58,218 nucleotides of DNA, from positions 1 through 58,218 of the IMG/VR virus record IMGVR_UViG_3300025138_000046; one strand, 5' to 3'. Below are positions 8,933 to 18,961 of the stretch, piece after piece. The stretch's first letter is position 1; the number at the start of each line of letters is the position of its first letter. A model generated the notes under the pieces. It was not told the origin of the DNA, did no database searches, and saw only the letters and a program-made list of their open reading frames with translations. The translations under genes and the position numbers were made by a program. Source of the DNA: a virus. Lineage: Duplodnaviria > Caudoviricetes.

Positions 8933-9412
8933 TTATAAACTTAATCCTTCAATATAATTAGATAAATCTATAATATTTTTTTTAGACAGAATAGAAGCTT
9001 GAGACCACATAATTTGAGATCGTTTTCCTCTTTTTTCTCTGTTTTGATATTGTATTAATGCTGCTTCTATATAGGATGCTTGTTTTCCGGCCAATGCGGG
9101 AAAAATTCCCATTCCTTCACCCTTTTGTCCATGGCAACCCGCGCATCCATTCCATGATGCTGGTGTAAGATCTACTTCAATTACTGGTGCTTTAATCACG
9201 CCTGTAGCAATTAATCTATTTTCTTCTAGTTTAGCAAGTCGTGTAAGCTCACGTCTTTCTTTTATTTTCTCATAACACTCATTTATACATGCGCTTTGTG
9301 GATTATGTCCTCTATATGGAGCATGACTAAATGCTATTAAAATAATAATTGCTGCACCACAACAAATTAAAAAAGGTATTAATATATGGAGATTTACATC
9401 TTTGTGACTCAT
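8933..9412 (-). CDS. Membrane-anchored monoheme cytochrome c (c553/c4-like)
   Basis: N-terminal TM helix, CAGCHG heme-binding motif, P.LAG, and a distal Met (IMW). Confidence 0.85.
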   Translation of the reverse strand: MSHKDVNLHILIPFLICCGAAIIILIAFSHAPYRGHNPQSACINECYEKIKERRELTRLAKLEENRLIATGVIKAPVIEVDLTPASWNGCAGCHGQKGEGMGIFPALAGKQASYIEAALIQYQNREKRGKRSQIMWSQASILSKKNIIDLSNYIEGLSL

Positions 9413-10485
9413 TATAAACTTAATCCCGATAGTGCATCACCATCTATATCTTGTTTTACTCCTCCGGTAATATACGAAGTAATTTCTGTTTCTTGAGGTG
9501 CTACTTGCACATCACCACCGCCAATCCATTTTTGAGTCCATGGTAATGGATTTGCCTGTGGTACAATATAAGGACAAGGCAATCCAATAGCTCTCATTCT
9601 TTTACAACCGATCCATTCAATATAATCAGATAGAATCTTTTCGTTAAGTCCAATCATCGAACCATTTTTAAATAGATATTTAGCCCAAGTTTTTTCTTGA
9701 TTAATTACTTCTTCATAAAGGGCAATTGATTGGCCTTCCATTTCCTTAGCAATTTTAGCAAAGTCTTTATCTTCTTTCTTTAATAGCTTTAACATAATTG
9801 TTGTTGAAGCTAAATGTAGATTTTCATCACGAGCAATAAGCTTAATGATTTTTGCATTACCTTCCATTTTTTTTAGTTCAGCAAAAGCCCATGAACAAGC
9901 AAATGATACATAGAACCTAACCCCTTCAAGAGCATTGGCACTCATCATAGCCATCCAAATTGCTCTCTTATGATCCATTTTATTTGTTGGTCCGTGATTG
10001 CACGTAATTAAATCGTCGTAATATTTTGCAATCGATTCACCGCAATCCATAATCTCTCTTTGATTTAATAAGTCATCAAATACCATAGATGGATCTGGAT
10101 ACACGTTTCTAATGATATGTGTGTATGATCTACTATGAATTGTTTCAGAAAATGACCAGGTTTCAATCCAGTTTTCTACTTCAGGTAATGATACGATGGG
10201 TAAGAATGCTAGGTTTGGAGCACGGCCTTGTACACTATCAAGTACTATTTGTCTTTTTAAATTACTTGTAAAAATGTGTTGCTCGTTTTTTGTTAGAGCG
10301 TGAAAATCTTTTTTGTCTTTAGATACATCAATTTCTTCAGGTCTCCAAAAGAAACCTAATTGCTTATCTGTAATTTTGTCTACCTGCGGGTATTTTACTT
10401 CATCATATCTTTGAATATCCACTGACTCATCTAAGAACATGCTTTTATTAAGATGAGACTTTTTATTCTTCTTCAATACTGCCAT
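9412..10485 (-). CDS. nrdB: Ribonucleotide reductase class Ia beta subunit
   Basis: FFWRPEE, ETIHSRSY, EGVRFY, RDENLH and VAPQETE motifs. Confidence 0.97.
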   Translation of the reverse strand: MAVLKKNKKSHLNKSMFLDESVDIQRYDEVKYPQVDKITDKQLGFFWRPEEIDVSKDKKDFHALTKNEQHIFTSNLKRQIVLDSVQGRAPNLAFLPIVSLPEVENWIETWSFSETIHSRSYTHIIRNVYPDPSMVFDDLLNQREIMDCGESIAKYYDDLITCNHGPTNKMDHKRAIWMAMMSANALEGVRFYVSFACSWAFAELKKMEGNAKIIKLIARDENLHLASTTIMLKLLKKEDKDFAKIAKEMEGQSIALYEEVINQEKTWAKYLFKNGSMIGLNEKILSDYIEWIGCKRMRAIGLPCPYIVPQANPLPWTQKWIGGGDVQVAPQETEITSYITGGVKQDIDGDALSGLSL

Positions 10486-10639
10486 TATCTATTTTTCCTT
10501 TTTTTCTAAATCGTTTGTTGTAGCCCCGCTTTATACTCTTGGTAACTCCAGGACTAGTTAAATACTTATACCATTTGCGAGCAGGTGTTAGAGCATCATA
10601 CTCTGACCCGCCTTTTAGAGGTATACGTTCCTTTTTCAA
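10463..10639 (-). CDS. Small basic hypothetical protein (58 aa)
   Basis: Hand-translated MKKERIPLKGGSEYDALTPARKWYKYL...; TTG overlaps the nrdA stop and the ORF fills the nrdA-nrdB gap. Confidence 0.6.
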   Translation of the reverse strand: MKKERIPLKGGSEYDALTPARKWYKYLTSPGVTKSIKRGYNKRFRKKGKIDNGSIEEE

Positions 10640-12951
10640 ATCTTACAGCTTTCGCAGTCTTCATCATCGTATGGAGTTTCAGCTTCTCCGTCGTACGCAT
10701 GATAAGTTTCGCCATCAGTCATTTCACCAGCACCATCAAAAGTGTTGAAGTAATAAAGCTGCTTCAATCCGTATTTGTAGGCTGTTACCAAATCAGTTAA
10801 CATAACTGACATTGGAATTTTATTATCCTCATAATGTTCTGGATTATAAGAGGTATTTACGCTAATGCCTTGATCTATATATTTTTGAAGTATAGCACAG
10901 ATCTTAAGATAACCATCAGGAGATTTTTGATCCCACAATAAGTCATACTTATTTTTTAGGTGATGGTAACCAGGAACTACTTGAGCCATGACTCCATCTT
11001 TACTTTGTTTGTAACTAACTAAAGCACGTGGTGGTTCAATACCATTCGTGCTATTAGATATTTGAGCGCTTGTTTCAGCAGGCATTAATGCCATCAGAGT
11101 TGAATTTCGAGGTCCCGTTTCTTTGAGTCTTTCTCTCAGCTCGTCCCACGGTAGTCTTTCAGTATGCTCTATTAAATTATTTAGCTCTCGTTTATATGTA
11201 TCAATTGGGAGAACTCCACCGGCATATTTTGTCTCGTTTTTTAACTTTATTTCACCTTTTTCTTCAGCTAATTTCTGAGATGCCTTAATTAGATAATATG
11301 ACCATGCTTCCGCGTATTCGTCTACGGTTTCAAATGCACCTTCATCGTATTTAAGTCCACGTTTGGCCAAGAAGTAAGCTAGGTTGATAATACCAATACC
11401 TAGCGGTCTACGATTCATAGTTCCTTTTTCTGCTGCTAATACGGGATACGATTGATAATCAAGTAGTTCATCTAGAGCTCTGACTGAAAGATCACAGTAC
11501 TTTTCGAATTCATTAGGATCATTAATAAGACCCCAATTAATAGCTGATAAAGTACATAAAGAAATTTCTCCTTCATCAGGGTTATCTGATAAAGGACTTG
11601 TTGGTAAGTCAATTTCACAGCACAGATTACTCATACGAATAGGAGCTAGTTTCGGATCAAACGATCCATGTTCATTGGCGTGATCTACATTCATTATATA
11701 GATTCTACCGGTATCTTTTCTTTGTTGTATTAATGTCGAAAATACATCAGTTGCTAATAGTGTCTTCTTGCGAACGGAGCGTGTCTTTTCATACTTTTCA
11801 TATAGTTCTTTAAACTTTTCTTGATCATCAAAGAATGATTCATATAGACCTGGAACATCATTGGGATCAAAAAATGTAATGTTACCACCAGTTAATAAAC
11901 GTTCGTACATTAATTTATTGACTTGGAATGCATAATCCATATGTCTTACACGATTTTCCTCTATACCTTTATTGTTTTTAAGTACTACAAGATCTTCGAA
12001 TTCGTAATGCCACATAGGTAGATAAACAGTAGCGGCTCCTCCACGAACACCTCCCTGACTGCAAGATTTAACTGCAGCTTGGAAGTATTTAAGGAATGGA
12101 ATAAGTCCAGTATGAACTACTGAACCATCACCGACTTTAGAACCTTCAGCTCTTATAGAGCCTGCTCCAATACCAATGCCGGCCTTTTTAGATATATATT
12201 TTACTATTGAAGTGGCAGTAGCATTGATAGAGTCGAGACTATCGCCAGATTCGATAAGCACGCAACTTGAAAACTGACGGGTCGGTGTACGAACACCTGC
12301 CATAATTGGCGTAGGTAATGATATATAGAATTGTGAGATAGCATCATAATAATCTTTGACATATTTAGTCCTGTTAAGTTTTGGATATTGTGCAAATAGT
12401 GTCGCTGATATCATCATATATAATATTTGCGGGGTTTCGTAATGTTGTTTAGTTCTTCGATCTTGAACTAAATACTTACCTCTAAATTGTTCCATACCAG
12501 CATAAGTAAATGAATCATCTCTATCATGCTTAATATAGGCATCGAGCTCTAATAATTCTTCGCGGGTGTAGTCTTGCATAATAGCATCATCATATACTCT
12601 ACGATCAATATTATTAATAACAACTTCAACTAAAGAATGTGGGGTATATTGTCCATATACTTCTTTACGAAGTTTATAGGATACTAATCTAGCAGCCACA
12701 AATTGGTAATTTGGAGTATGCTCAGAGATTAACTCTGCAGCGGATTTGATGAGAAGCTCGTGTATATCATAAGCCGGGATTTTATCGTATAGTTGTATAT
12801 TCGCTTTTATTTCTATTTCGGAAATAGAAACACCGGAAATATTTTCCGTAGCCCATTCTAAAACTTTGTGTACTTTTTCTAAGTCAAAGCCTTGTGATGT
12901 ACCGTCGCGTTTGGTTACGTGCATCGTCATAAGTGGTTGTCCGTCATTCAT
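10636..12951 (-). CDS. nrdA: Ribonucleotide reductase class Ia alpha subunit
   Basis: ATP cone (VTKRDG), SSCVL, SNLCCEI, LYY and C-terminal CESC. Confidence 0.97.
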   Translation of the reverse strand: MNDGQPLMTMHVTKRDGTSQGFDLEKVHKVLEWATENISGVSISEIEIKANIQLYDKIPAYDIHELLIKSAAELISEHTPNYQFVAARLVSYKLRKEVYGQYTPHSLVEVVINNIDRRVYDDAIMQDYTREELLELDAYIKHDRDDSFTYAGMEQFRGKYLVQDRRTKQHYETPQILYMMISATLFAQYPKLNRTKYVKDYYDAISQFYISLPTPIMAGVRTPTRQFSSCVLIESGDSLDSINATATSIVKYISKKAGIGIGAGSIRAEGSKVGDGSVVHTGLIPFLKYFQAAVKSCSQGGVRGGAATVYLPMWHYEFEDLVVLKNNKGIEENRVRHMDYAFQVNKLMYERLLTGGNITFFDPNDVPGLYESFFDDQEKFKELYEKYEKTRSVRKKTLLATDVFSTLIQQRKDTGRIYIMNVDHANEHGSFDPKLAPIRMSNLCCEIDLPTSPLSDNPDEGEISLCTLSAINWGLINDPNEFEKYCDLSVRALDELLDYQSYPVLAAEKGTMNRRPLGIGIINLAYFLAKRGLKYDEGAFETVDEYAEAWSYYLIKASQKLAEEKGEIKLKNETKYAGGVLPIDTYKRELNNLIEHTERLPWDELRERLKETGPRNSTLMALMPAETSAQISNSTNGIEPPRALVSYKQSKDGVMAQVVPGYHHLKNKYDLLWDQKSPDGYLKICAILQKYIDQGISVNTSYNPEHYEDNKIPMSVMLTDLVTAYKYGLKQLYYFNTFDGAGEMTDGETYHAYDGEAETPYDDEDCESCKI

Positions 12952-12979
12952 AGTCAGTTAATTAATTAATAATGTATAT

Positions 12980-13009
12980 ATTATAACACAAAACCTAAGC
13001 TTTGTAAAC
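12980..13009 (-). promoter_or_regulatory. Early promoter (nrd operon)
   Basis: GTTTACA-17-TATAAT. Confidence 0.8.
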
Positions 13010-13021
13010 GTTTATTTTAGT

Positions 13022-13393
13022 TTATTTTGTTTTGCTTAAATGTTTTGCAATTTGTCGTGCATGTACTTCGTACAAGGTAAGCATATCTTCTTCAATAGAG
13101 TCTAGTCTATCTATCATAGGTTGATAGTCGTCAAAACCATCTAAACCGCATTTATGATGCGCCATGCTTTCTAATTTATCAAGCCTATCCGCAATAAGAG
13201 GATATTGTTTTCTAAATTTAGCGTCTTTTTTGGCTAATTCAACATCATACTTTACTGCAAGATATTGCATAAAGGTATCTACTTTCTTTTGGAACCAAAT
13301 ACCTATAGTAGTACCTTGAAACCATTGGTAGAATGAACTACCAATGATTGAAGATAATATTGATTTAAGTGAAAGTACTATTAGCCAATTCAT
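13022..13393 (-). CDS. Hypothetical protein with hydrophobic N-terminus
   Basis: Last gene of the spanin-lipase block. Confidence 0.6.
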   Translation of the reverse strand: MNWLIVLSLKSILSSIIGSSFYQWFQGTTIGIWFQKKVDTFMQYLAVKYDVELAKKDAKFRKQYPLIADRLDKLESMAHHKCGLDGFDDYQPMIDRLDSIEEDMLTLYEVHARQIAKHLSKTK

Positions 13394-14155
13394 TTACTTT
13401 TCCTGCTTAACAAGTTTTTTTATTGCTTGTACGTAATTAGGCATTCCGTGATCTACAACTCCATCAAAGAATTTAAATCTTTTCCACGAGTTCCATATAC
13501 CATAAAAAGTATCTGCCCAAGTTGGTCCAACAGCTTTATTACCAAATCTATCAAAATAAATCATTTCGCCATGATGTCTAAATCCTAGCCATGCTGGAGG
13601 AATTCTACATACGATATCGTTATTATTCATAAATCTATAATGATCTGCGGATATATTCTTAATAAAAAGTTTACCGCCAACTCTTGGTGATCCAAATGTA
13701 AATAACTCTTCAGGTTGATATCTTGTAGTAGCAATTGTTGCCATTGCAGCACCTAAACTATGGCCTGTAAAATATACATCTTTTCTTACTTTTAGTTGAT
13801 CATTATGTTCAAGCTCTTTGACTATATCCATCCATACATCGTCTACTTCTTCTTGAAATCCACCGTGAACTTTACCACCAGCCTTTGCGGTGTTTTTAAT
13901 TATTTTTAGGTCAGCCATAACATCGTTTAGTTTGGAAGGTTCGGTTCCTCTAAAAGCAAACCATAGATCATTTCTATCTTTTGCAATGAGCACTTCGGCT
14001 CCATCCCTACTAATAATTTTGCCTGATGCAAAACCTAATTTTTTACAAGCTGTTTCAGCTGGTTTAGGATTCATGTAAGCAATTGCAGATAGTTTTGCTC
14101 CAACTTGCGCCCTCTCCCACACTGTCATTTGTTCTTTCATTCTAGTTGTCGCCAT
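13394..14155 (-). CDS. Lipase class 3
   Basis: AFRGT, VHGGF, TGHSLGAA, TFGSPRVG, DIV..IP and a C-terminal DH; start refined. Confidence 0.9.
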   Translation of the reverse strand: MATTRMKEQMTVWERAQVGAKLSAIAYMNPKPAETACKKLGFASGKIISRDGAEVLIAKDRNDLWFAFRGTEPSKLNDVMADLKIIKNTAKAGGKVHGGFQEEVDDVWMDIVKELEHNDQLKVRKDVYFTGHSLGAAMATIATTRYQPEELFTFGSPRVGGKLFIKNISADHYRFMNNNDIVCRIPPAWLGFRHHGEMIYFDRFGNKAVGPTWADTFYGIWNSWKRFKFFDGVVDHGMPNYVQAIKKLVKQEK

Positions 14156-14645
14156 TTTTTTTCTCCAATTTAATTTCAACTGCTCCAGCATCTTCATCAT
14201 TTATTGTCACATTCCTATAGTAAACTATCACCTCACCGAGTTGATTAATATATCTTTTAATTTCTTGCGTATTATAAGACATTAGCTCATAATCAGCAAC
14301 ACTCATGGCAACAAAAACAATATCACCTCCGTGTTTCTTTTTAATATCATCGATAAACCTATCGAGATATGTATACCCTTCAGGGTACAAATCTTCTCTA
14401 CCTAATTTACAGTTTGATTTTTTAGTTTCAGGATCCTTAAGACAATTCTCAATTATTTTTGTATCTGAAACTACATACCATTTAGGTTCTTTTAAATCTA
14501 TTGCTCTTGGCATCACTGGCTGAACAATATCGATTTTAATTGGTTTTGTTATTATTTCAACTTCTCTAGGAGCCTGTTGAAGTAGTGAACAACCACTAAT
14601 CGTTAAGAGAGCTAATACGCTTGCTATCTGCTTCAATCGCATCAA
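14142..14645 (-). CDS. Outer-membrane lipoprotein, putative o-spanin (Rz1-like)
   Basis: Lipobox LTISG|C, Pro-rich segment, overlaps the upstream i-spanin-like gene. Confidence 0.65.
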   Translation of the reverse strand: MMRLKQIASVLALLTISGCSLLQQAPREVEIITKPIKIDIVQPVMPRAIDLKEPKWYVVSDTKIIENCLKDPETKKSNCKLGREDLYPEGYTYLDRFIDDIKKKHGGDIVFVAMSVADYELMSYNTQEIKRYINQLGEVIVYYRNVTINDEDAGAVEIKLEKKNGDN

Positions 14646-14988
14646 AGACCTCCTTCGTTTGAGCGTTTGCTCGTGTTTCTATCATACCAGGTTTTGCACT
14701 AGCAAGTTTGGCAATATTATGTCTTCTAAATATATCTAGATAATCTGACATTTGTGTTTCGTATTGTTGATTTTGAACTTGAAGGCCTCTAAGAGAATTA
14801 GAAGTCTTTTCTAAATTGTTTTGAATTGATTCAATTGCCGCTTTTTGTTCTTGATCTCTTAAGTCTTGTGCTGCTATAACTTTGATTTGTTCTTCTAGTT
14901 TATTTTTCATGGGTACTACCGAGAACTGATAATACATAGATCCTGATATACCCATAGCAACAATAATCCCAATCAATATTTTTGACAT
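14596..14988 (-). CDS. Putative i-spanin (Rz-like)
   Basis: N-terminal TM helix followed by a coiled coil; KPG..E motif. Confidence 0.65.
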   Translation of the reverse strand: MSKILIGIIVAMGISGSMYYQFSVVPMKNKLEEQIKVIAAQDLRDQEQKAAIESIQNNLEKTSNSLRGLQVQNQQYETQMSDYLDIFRRHNIAKLASAKPGMIETRANAQTKEVFDAIEADSKRISSLND

Positions 14989-14989
14989 A

Positions 14990-15259
14990 TTATAACCTAT
15001 CGACGTCGATTCCTAGTACTTTTTTAATAGCAGCTTTAAGTTTCTTCTCGTCTGTTCCCCAATGCTTGCTCATATTATTAAACTTTACTGTGGTTCCTGA
15101 CACATTAACATCACGGCCTGATACATCGTATCCAGCTTTTTTAAATGCAGCTTCTACGTCACGGCCGTATGCTCGGTTTTTAAGCTCGAGTTCAGTTCCT
15201 CTCCAGTATCTAAAATCATATTTAGACAGTTCTTCTTTTAATTGTTTAAAAGTTTTCAT
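14990..15259 (-). CDS. Putative internal head protein (capsid-targeting leader)
   Basis: N-terminus MKTFKQLKEE. Confidence 0.6.
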   Translation of the reverse strand: MKTFKQLKEELSKYDFRYWRGTELELKNRAYGRDVEAAFKKAGYDVSGRDVNVSGTTVKFNNMSKHWGTDEKKLKAAIKKVLGIDVDRL

Positions 15260-15274
15260 ATTTAATCCTTTATC

Positions 15275-15484
15275 TTAATTTTCTTTAACTTCTTTTTTAG
15301 ACTCAGCTGCTTTTCTTCTAGCAAGAATTCTTTCGACAAATCTACGGCCGGCTTTTGTTCTGCCATCGTAAATATCTTTCTTTTTCTTTTTCTTGTCGTG
15401 AACTGCGTCTGATGGCATGTTTACACCACCGCCCCCAACAGAGTTGGCTGCTGCGTCTTCCCATACGTCTCTAAATGTTTTCAT
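15275..15484 (-). CDS. Putative internal head protein
   Basis: MKTFRDVWED leader, AANSVGGG and DGRTK motifs. Confidence 0.6.
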   Translation of the reverse strand: MKTFRDVWEDAAANSVGGGGVNMPSDAVHDKKKKKKDIYDGRTKAGRRFVERILARRKAAESKKEVKEN

Positions 15485-16029
15485 TTTAGTGTTACCTTTC
15501 CTAATTTTTTACCCGCGGCTTTATTAACTTTTATTTTCTTTAATTTTTTACCTTGCGTTTTTACTTTTTGTACTATAGTTAAAAACTTTTTCCATATATT
15601 TTTTATTTTTTTACCATATTTTATATATAGTAGTACAAACATTAAAGTTCCTAATTTTAATTGCCCTGCGAGTGTTAATTTAGATAATATAGTTTTGGCA
15701 ATACCTATAGTAATTGGTATTGCGTGTTCAACACTAAATTCTATTACAAACGCAACCATAGATTCTGTAGTTGCCATTACGGCATCCATATCATAATAAG
15801 CAGCAGTACCATATATGCCAGCGGTGCTTACTACCGGTTTTGTTGCAATTATTTTTGCTGTACCCACGCCGGCCGTACCTACTGCCGTACCTACTGTACC
15901 TACTGCAGCACCTGGAGAGTTTATCGCTTTGACACCCCAGTTACCAACCGATCTTATAACTCCCCACACAACCGGAGCAAAAGCGACCTCATCCAACTGA
16001 GAATGTTCCTTGAATGTCATTACTGTCAT
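15481..16029 (-). CDS. Putative virion protein with hydrophobic segments
   Basis: MTFKEHSQLDE leader, GT(V/A) repeats, hydrophobic helices, Lys-rich tail. Confidence 0.55.
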   Translation of the reverse strand: MTVMTFKEHSQLDEVAFAPVVWGVIRSVGNWGVKAINSPGAAVGTVGTAVGTAGVGTAKIIATKPVVSTAGIYGTAAYYDMDAVMATTESMVAFVIEFSVEHAIPITIGIAKTILSKLTLAGQLKLGTLMFVLLYIKYGKKIKNIWKKFLTIVQKVKTQGKKLKKIKVNKAAGKKLGKVTLK

Positions 16030-16622
16030 CTTTTTATATCCGCACTCGTAATGAGTATTTGTTGCTTAGTTAAAACGTGTTCAACTTGATAGACGTTTAA
16101 GCCAAATATAGAACCAGTAGGTTCTGTAAATTCTGAAACGTTTACCTTTGTATTTATATTTGCTATTATTTCAGCAGTATTTGGTGAGGCAATTTCTTGT
16201 ACTAATATATATTCACCAGGAGCAAGTTGGTTATTTTTATCAAACCAAGATGCACTTTCTGATATATCAATGGATCCATTAAAGTCTCCAAATATATCGT
16301 TTAAAACTTTTTGTAACTGATCATCATCTAAACCAGTTTCTTCTTTTACTAGGAACAACGCAGAAGCATATGTTGCTAACTTAGTACCTAATGAACCAGG
16401 AACTTTATTTAATAATCTTTTAATATTAAATACTAACCTATGAAAAATAGTAAACGCGGACTTTTCTTGAGGCGTTTTTCTGTCAGCCTTTTTCTTAAGT
16501 ATTTTACCGTTATTATCGATAATACCTAATCTATAAGCGTCCATACTTTCCCAAGGTGTTACTAATAGCTTTAGAAACCTAAAGGCATAAAATAGATCAC
16601 CAGTTCTTGAGATTATCCCCAT
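16026..16622 (-). CDS. Conserved T4-like virion/hypothetical protein
   Basis: FRFLKLLVTPW...AY.LGIID..G and FHRLVFNIKRL motifs. Confidence 0.7.
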   Translation of the reverse strand: MGIISRTGDLFYAFRFLKLLVTPWESMDAYRLGIIDNNGKILKKKADRKTPQEKSAFTIFHRLVFNIKRLLNKVPGSLGTKLATYASALFLVKEETGLDDDQLQKVLNDIFGDFNGSIDISESASWFDKNNQLAPGEYILVQEIASPNTAEIIANINTKVNVSEFTEPTGSIFGLNVYQVEHVLTKQQILITSADIKR

Positions 16623-16993
16623 TAAAATTTCCTTAATCTTTCGATTACGTTTTTGTCTAAAGGTATTTCTACCTTATAGTCTTCTTCTATATAATTCAAG
16701 AATACTAAAAATGTTTTTAGTACTGAGTAATGTTCGGGTTCAACTTTAAACCACATCATTCTATCAGCAGCTTTAATACCAAACACATTATATAATACAA
16801 TAATATGATTTAGTATAAGCCTTTCTTGTAAGTCTCCAGATTGTTCATAACGTCTAAGCAGTCTTTTCAGATACTTAAACCTTGTTAAATCATCTTTGAA
16901 CTCTTCTACCTCAATGCATTCCGGATTATTGTAGTGCTGTGCGGCGAAGAGTTCAAAGTTTTTACCAGTCAGTTTGTCAAATATTTTCATCAT
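16622..16993 (-). CDS. Conserved T4-like hypothetical protein
   Basis: Y.NP.C...EF..DL.RFKY and ERLILNH motifs; TATAGATA late-like box at 16998-17005. Confidence 0.7.
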   Translation of the reverse strand: MMKIFDKLTGKNFELFAAQHYNNPECIEVEEFKDDLTRFKYLKRLLRRYEQSGDLQERLILNHIIVLYNVFGIKAADRMMWFKVEPEHYSVLKTFLVFLNYIEEDYKVEIPLDKNVIERLRKF

Positions 16994-17015
16994 ATATTAT
17001 CTATACTAGATAATT

Positions 17016-18263
17016 TTAACTGTATTCTTTTTGCAACTCTTTAAAGGTTTTACCTTCAAATCCCATAAAGTCTTGGAAATACTTAACTAGTTTTTTTTCA
17101 TCACCAGTAAATATACCAGCATCTGAACCCATCATTCCGTCACCTTTACCTTTTTTAAATGAGATTTTAATACCCATTTTCTTAGCTGCTTTGTCACCAC
17201 CAACATTTTTCATTTCATCTGATTCAAAAGATGTTTTGATTTGAGCTTCAGCAATAGTTTCTTCTTTAACTTCTTTCTCGTCATCATCAGTCTTTTTGCC
17301 ATTCTTTTTATCGATTGCTTTCTGAAGAGCAGGAGGTAAAGTTCCTTCATCTTTATCAGTTTCGTTATCAGCTTCATAGTTCTTATCAACGTAGTTAAAG
17401 AATTCTTTCTTCTTCTCGCCTTCTAATTCACCGGGTGAAGTAACACCAAACTTCTTAAGAGCGGACTTAAAGAATTTCTGATATCTTTCTTTATCTTCTT
17501 GCATCTTAGTCTTAACTTTGTTCATAGCATGAGCTTCATCAAGAACTTCTTCAGTAACAGATTCGTTTGCTAGTTGCAAAGCAGCAGCTACTTCGGTATC
17601 CTTAGATAAACCTTTAGCCATTTGCTCAATCTTTTTAATAGCACCAGTCATATTACCACCCATTTTTAAAGCAAGCGCAACAGCTTTTTTAACTTGTGGC
17701 TTTTGAAATTTAGACTTAGCTTCTAAAAGCTCTGGAAATAACTCTTCAATATCATCAGTATCCATAGAGTACAAATTAGATTGTAAAAATGCTAAGATGT
17801 TCTTTTTCTCTCCAGATACATCATAACCATCTCTTGAGTGCTTCTTAAACTTAAGCTTAAATTTCTTTTCAGCGGCAGGAATACCTTCACCAGTATGATC
17901 AATATCAACTTTTACTTTGCCCTTACCAGCTTTTAGTTTAGCTTCGTCAATAGTAATAGTTACTTCTTCTTTAACAACTGTACCGTCTTCTTTTTCACCA
18001 GATTTTTTAACTTTGTGAGCACCTTTAAAGTCTTTTTCGCCTTTAGCTTTTGGCTCACCAGCTTCATCAACTTCTGGTTTGTCATGGGTATAACCCTTAT
18101 CAGCAAGAGCTTTATGCTCTGCTTCGTCTTTGGCTACTTTCTTTTCGCCAGTTTCCGGATGAAACATATCATGTGGATATTTTCCTTCCTCTTTTACTTT
18201 ACCTTCAAGTACATCGCTAACAGCAGCAGCAATGCTCAAAGTAATATCATCTTTAAGTTTCAT
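17016..18263 (-). CDS. Highly charged putative prohead core/internal protein
   Basis: E/K-rich, with many (L/I/V)xE sites resembling gp21 protease cleavage sites; YQ.FF..ALKKFG...FFNYVD motif. Confidence 0.55.
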   Translation of the reverse strand: MKLKDDITLSIAAAVSDVLEGKVKEEGKYPHDMFHPETGEKKVAKDEAEHKALADKGYTHDKPEVDEAGEPKAKGEKDFKGAHKVKKSGEKEDGTVVKEEVTITIDEAKLKAGKGKVKVDIDHTGEGIPAAEKKFKLKFKKHSRDGYDVSGEKKNILAFLQSNLYSMDTDDIEELFPELLEAKSKFQKPQVKKAVALALKMGGNMTGAIKKIEQMAKGLSKDTEVAAALQLANESVTEEVLDEAHAMNKVKTKMQEDKERYQKFFKSALKKFGVTSPGELEGEKKKEFFNYVDKNYEADNETDKDEGTLPPALQKAIDKKNGKKTDDDEKEVKEETIAEAQIKTSFESDEMKNVGGDKAAKKMGIKISFKKGKGDGMMGSDAGIFTGDEKKLVKYFQDFMGFEGKTFKELQKEYS

Positions 18264-18273
18264 ATTAATTCTC

Positions 18274-18573
18274 CTATTTTATGAAAAGCATTCCTGTAAT
18301 AGTCGTGGCCGCAGCTACTAATACTATCCAGAAGATTTTATTTATTACATTGACAGTAGTAGCATTATCGCGTACTGCCATTTCCAACCTATCAACTCTA
18401 TTTATAAGGGCTAATATTTGTTCTCCTTGTTGTTTGCCAAACTCTGCCATCGTGGCGATTTTTTCTTCAGCACGCGCCAAAGAAATGATCGCGTCTGACA
18501 TACGATCAATTTTTTCTTCAATTCTATCCAACCTGGCCGATTGCGCAGCTCTTTGCTCATTAGCTGTTGTCAT
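18274..18573 (-). CDS. Coiled-coil protein with C-terminal TM helix
   Basis: RLDRIEEKID heptads and a hydrophobic C-terminus. Confidence 0.6.
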   Translation of the reverse strand: MTTANEQRAAQSARLDRIEEKIDRMSDAIISLARAEEKIATMAEFGKQQGEQILALINRVDRLEMAVRDNATTVNVINKIFWIVLVAAATTITGMLFIK

Positions 18574-18961
18574 GTTTAAATATCCTAATCTTTAAAGGCG
18601 TTACGCCTTTTATTATTCTATGGTATTCTTCTTTCTTAACGTCAAATACCATACCTTTCTTTAAAAGCCATGGCAAACATTTTTGTAACTGAAATTGCCA
18701 TCCTTCACCATCAAGGATTTCTATTTCCCTATCCTGAATATCACGATGCCATACAAATTCTGCATCATCGCGAGAAGGGTCAAATTCCCTTATATCCGCA
18801 TCTTCCCAATACGGTTTACCAAAAGTAAGATCCACCACCTTTAAGCCCCAAGTCTTTGGCGTATTTAGGCAATCTACATGCCCAATAGCCTGGTTTTGTT
18901 TTATCAGTCTTAGTATCACAGTTATGACGAGCTGCAAAGTTTCTTGCTGCATCTCTATCAT
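18560..18961 (-). CDS. Cupin-like protein (true start probably near 18835)
   Basis: WHRD..DR.I....G.GW and YHRIIKG motifs. Confidence 0.6.
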   Translation of the reverse strand: MIEMQQETLQLVITVILRLIKQNQAIGHVDCLNTPKTWGLKVVDLTFGKPYWEDADIREFDPSRDDAEFVWHRDIQDREIEILDGEGWQFQLQKCLPWLLKKGMVFDVKKEEYHRIIKGVTPLKIRIFKHDNS

